Source of the DNA: a virus
UHGV virus genome: UHGV-1376407
Reading direction: 5' to 3' (one strand)
DNA: 47,558 nt
In this document: positions 45,180 through 47,558 of the stretch, one piece after another
Numbering within the stretch: the first letter of the stretch is position 1
Layout of the letters: each line of letters starts with the position of its first letter
Program-made: the position numbers and the translations under genes
Notes under the pieces: model-generated
The model's database searches: none
What the model saw: the letters and a program-made list of their open reading frames with translations, nothing else
Told to the model about the DNA's origin: nothing

Positions 45180-45212
45180 CGTAGATTCAGTCTACTATTG
45201 TGACGTAGATTG
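45180..45212 (+). promoter_or_regulatory. box elements (GCCGTAGATTCAG ... TGACGTAGATTGA) in the primase/helicase divergent region
   Basis: Two CGTAGATT boxes 24 bp apart. Confidence 0.4.
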
Positions 45213-45233
45213 AGCAACACAAAGGTGGATGAA

Positions 45234-47168
45234 GTGCAAAAAATTGATGCAATGATTGCTGAGCTGGATATGGGTAAGCTGCGGGACAGCATCCATACCG
45301 GGGAAATTGAACCGCGACCATATCAGTGGCTGGTATATGAAAAGACAGCTGAGGTTATCCGCAAGTTTGGCAAGCAGCCAAAGCCAAGTTATGTTACCGC
45401 TTCAGTTGGCGCTGGTAAGACCATCATGATAGCCATGATTGCCCGTCGGTTTCAGGATATGGGGTGGGAGGGGCTTGTCATCGCGCGACAAGGCGAAATT
45501 ATTGAGCAGGATGCTGAGGAGCTTTGGAACCTGAGCGTAAAAAATTCTCTGTTTAGCGCATCTCTTGGGCGTAAAGCATATGCCTATCCGCTTATCGCGG
45601 GAACGGAGGGCACAATAATAAATGGTCTTTTTGATAAGACAGCCGATGATGGCACCGTGACGAAATCACTGCTATCAGACTTTTCACCACGCTACATACT
45701 GGTTGATGAATGCCATCAGGTTAACTGGCAGGACATAATATCAGAGCAGCCAGAGACGCAGTACGGTGTCATCATGAATGAACTTAACCGGCGCTGTAAA
45801 GCGAAGTACGGGCATGAGGTGATAGTCATAGGCTACACCGGCAGCCCATTTCGCGGCGTTGAGTCGATAAAGGGGGCTTACTGGAAGCATGAAATAGTCA
45901 ACATCAGCACAAAATACCTTGTCGATCTTGGCTTTCTGGTTCCGACAATTTTCGGCGGCCAGGATATCGAAGACTTGCAATACGACCTGCATGAGTTTGC
46001 CAGTAGTGACGTTGACGGCGTGCAGGACTTCACTGATAGCCAGCTAAAAGAGATGCAGGAAGAAATCCTCAAGCAGGGTACATTGACACAAAGAATTATG
46101 CTCAAAGTCATGGAGCTTACGCGTGACCGTCTCGGCGTACTCATTACCTGCGCCGGTAAAAAACATTGCAAGGAGGCTGCAAAATACTTACCAGAAGGCA
46201 GTTATTCCATTGTTACAGAGGATATGGGGCAGAAAGCCAGACGGAAAGCGCTGAAAGATGCGGCCACCGGGCGCAAAAAATACACGCTGCAAATCGGCTG
46301 CCTGACGACTGGCGTCAACATCCCATATTGGGATACTTCTGTCATCCTGAGAAAAATTATGTCCCTGACACTTCTGACGCAGTTGCTTGGCCGACCAATG
46401 CGCCTTTTAAAGCCTGACCAGATTTCCGCAGGTCTGGTGAAAGAAAACCATCTTTGCCTTGACTTCACCGGAACCATGTTCGAGCTTGGCGGTCTGTACG
46501 AAGACCCTATTCTTGAGGAAGCAGAAGCACAACGCGCAAAACGCAGCGGTGAGCAGGTGCCATGCCCAAAATGCCAGACGATGAACAGCCCGTATGCACG
46601 GCGCTGCATCGGTAAAGATGCAACATCGCCAGATGGTCGTTGCGAGGAGTTTTTCAGCTTTATCCGCTGCGGTTTCGACAAGCACGGAATCCGCATCTTT
46701 GATGATGGATGCGGGGCCAAAAATGACCCTACGGCGCGCTATTGCCGTTGCTGCGACCATGTGCTGCGCGACCCTAATGCGGCGCTTAATGAGCGCGCTT
46801 ATACTGATAATGAATGGACTGAAGTCAAGGATTTCAAGATTGAGCTAACGAAAGATGAGAAGGGCGTTGTTTATCGTTACTTCATCAAGAAAGAAAACGG
46901 CAAAGATGGCTGGGCCAGTGAGGTGTTCTATCCATTTGGCAGGCAGGAGAAGTACCTTAAAAATCAGTTTAAGATTAAAGGATTACTAAACCACGTATCA
47001 GACAGGAATCTGATTGATAACCTCATGAATTGCCACAACGCAAAAGCATTCATGGCGTTCACTGGCCTTATTCGCGCACCTAAACGCATCACGCATCGTT
47101 TTAACGATAAAGGCCGCGATATCATCCACCGCAAGGATTTCATAGGAGAGCAAATTGAAGCAGCTTGA
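45234..47168 (+). CDS. SF2 DNA helicase (DEAH/DECH-box) with C-terminal multi-CxxC zinc-ribbon region
   Basis: Walker A SVGAGKTIMIAMIA, motif II VDECHQV, later helicase motifs. Four CxxC pairs. Start set at GTG 45234 after AAGGTGG (track ORF starts at TTG 45210 inside the promoter box). Confidence 0.75.
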   Translation: MQKIDAMIAELDMGKLRDSIHTGEIEPRPYQWLVYEKTAEVIRKFGKQPKPSYVTASVGAGKTIMIAMIARRFQDMGWEGLVIARQGEIIEQDAEELWNLSVKNSLFSASLGRKAYAYPLIAGTEGTIINGLFDKTADDGTVTKSLLSDFSPRYILVDECHQVNWQDIISEQPETQYGVIMNELNRRCKAKYGHEVIVIGYTGSPFRGVESIKGAYWKHEIVNISTKYLVDLGFLVPTIFGGQDIEDLQYDLHEFASSDVDGVQDFTDSQLKEMQEEILKQGTLTQRIMLKVMELTRDRLGVLITCAGKKHCKEAAKYLPEGSYSIVTEDMGQKARRKALKDAATGRKKYTLQIGCLTTGVNIPYWDTSVILRKIMSLTLLTQLLGRPMRLLKPDQISAGLVKENHLCLDFTGTMFELGGLYEDPILEEAEAQRAKRSGEQVPCPKCQTMNSPYARRCIGKDATSPDGRCEEFFSFIRCGFDKHGIRIFDDGCGAKNDPTARYCRCCDHVLRDPNAALNERAYTDNEWTEVKDFKIELTKDEKGVVYRYFIKKENGKDGWASEVFYPFGRQEKYLKNQFKIKGLLNHVSDRNLIDNLMNCHNAKAFMAFTGLIRAPKRITHRFNDKGRDIIHRKDFIGEQIEAA

Positions 47169-47558
47169 TAGTGGAATATGGGTATTTGATAGCGGTTATC
47201 GCGGGGAGTGTCCTCTGGAAGGCACTGACCAGATGGCCTATGGTCTTTGGATGCAATACCGTTTCCCTGATGTTCTGTGGTTTCATGTTCCTAACGAGAC
47301 TGGCACAAAGAGTGGGCCGCAATTCGTCGAAAAGCGCAGCAAAATGGGCGTCAGGAGCGGTGTAAGTGACAATGTGATACTAACCAACGGCATTAATCAT
47401 AAATGCGGCCTGATTGAGCTGAAGAGGCGTGACAAGACAAAATCAAAGGTATCGCCATCGCAGATTGAGGTTCTGGAGTGCGCCATTGCAGAGGGTCACT
47501 TTGGCGCCATTGCTTATGGTCTTGAGGAGCTAAAAAGAGCGACGTTATTCTATTTTGG
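47155..47558 (+). CDS. VRR-NUC domain nuclease (partial, runs off window end)
   Basis: Open frame with RBS AGGAG and TTG start at 47155. WFHVPNE...GVSDNVIL...IELKR carries the PD-(D/E)XK D...E-x-K signature of VRR-NUC. Missing from the ORF track; the listed 47165..47365 ORF is in another frame. Confidence 0.55.
   Translation, partial: MKQLDSGIWVFDSGYRGECPLEGTDQMAYGLWMQYRFPDVLWFHVPNETGTKSGPQFVEKRSKMGVRSGVSDNVILTNGINHKCGLIELKRRDKTKSKVSPSQIEVLECAIAEGHFGAIAYGLEELKRATLFYF

Noticed and set aside
47165-47365. Track ORF 47165..47365 (+), 66 aa starting at TTG
   Set aside because: It is in a different frame from the continuous VRR-NUC reading frame that begins at 47155 and carries recognisable nuclease motifs. 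Hydrophobic nonsense translation.
1-47558. Looked for tRNA genes, CRISPR arrays, integrase, CI/Cro-type repressor, attP-like repeats, IS elements
   Set aside because: No cloverleaf-compatible GTTC...GAAC tRNA signatures in intergenic regions. No repeat-spacer arrays. No tyrosine or serine recombinase motifs. No transposase ORFs. The iterons at 41.6-41.85 kb are better explained as an origin than as att or CRISPR repeats.

Overview
This window is about 47.6 kb of a tailed dsDNA enterobacterial-type phage, siphovirus-like, with roughly 50% GC. The head and tail-tip genes are lambda-like. The tail tip runs tape-measure protein (H-like), then M-, L-, K- and J-like proteins. The head set has a protease/scaffold, a D-like decoration protein and a major capsid protein. 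No integrase, CI-like repressor, tRNA or CRISPR array is visible.

Layout, left to right:
- (+) recombination operon (1-2900): small paralog, PD-(D/E)XK exonuclease, Sak4-like ATPase, SSB.
- (-) tail operon (3107-13438): LamG-like protein, esterase-bearing tail fiber, J-like, K/L/M-like, tape-measure protein, chaperone.
- (+) methyltransferase moron cassette (13476-14695).
- (-) major tail protein gene.
- (+) free-standing homing-endonuclease-like gene.
- (-) head-tail connector genes (16488-18399).
- (+) tightly coupled 8-gene accessory operon (18561-21798): two ParB-like proteins (one with a DGQHR motif), a wHTH protein and a truncated DnaN (beta-clamp)-like protein.
- (-) head genes: capsid, decoration, protease/scaffold (21801-25862).
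- Divergent early region (26045-29188) that includes a Lar-like anti-restriction gene.
- (-) lysis cassette: endolysin, holin-like protein, Rz with embedded Rz1.
- (+) small secreted or membrane proteins.
- (-) MuF-like protein and portal, then many small genes.
- Two (+) morons.
- (-) large and small terminase and further small genes.
- Intergenic region with GTTCCC iterons flanking an AT-rich core (putative ori).
- (+) replication genes, (-) primase, (+) SF2 helicase.
- A VRR-NUC gene that runs off the right end.

Recurrent sequence-level themes:
- A conserved promoter box, TTGACGTAGATTG, usually with TAGATT or TATAGT 17 bp downstream of the TTGACG -35, present at 11 or more intergenic sites.
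- Rho-independent, often bidirectional, hairpin terminators delimiting each cassette.
- Pervasive ATGA/TGATG start-stop overlaps. These reveal several coupled small ORFs under 60 aa that are absent from the supplied ORF track.
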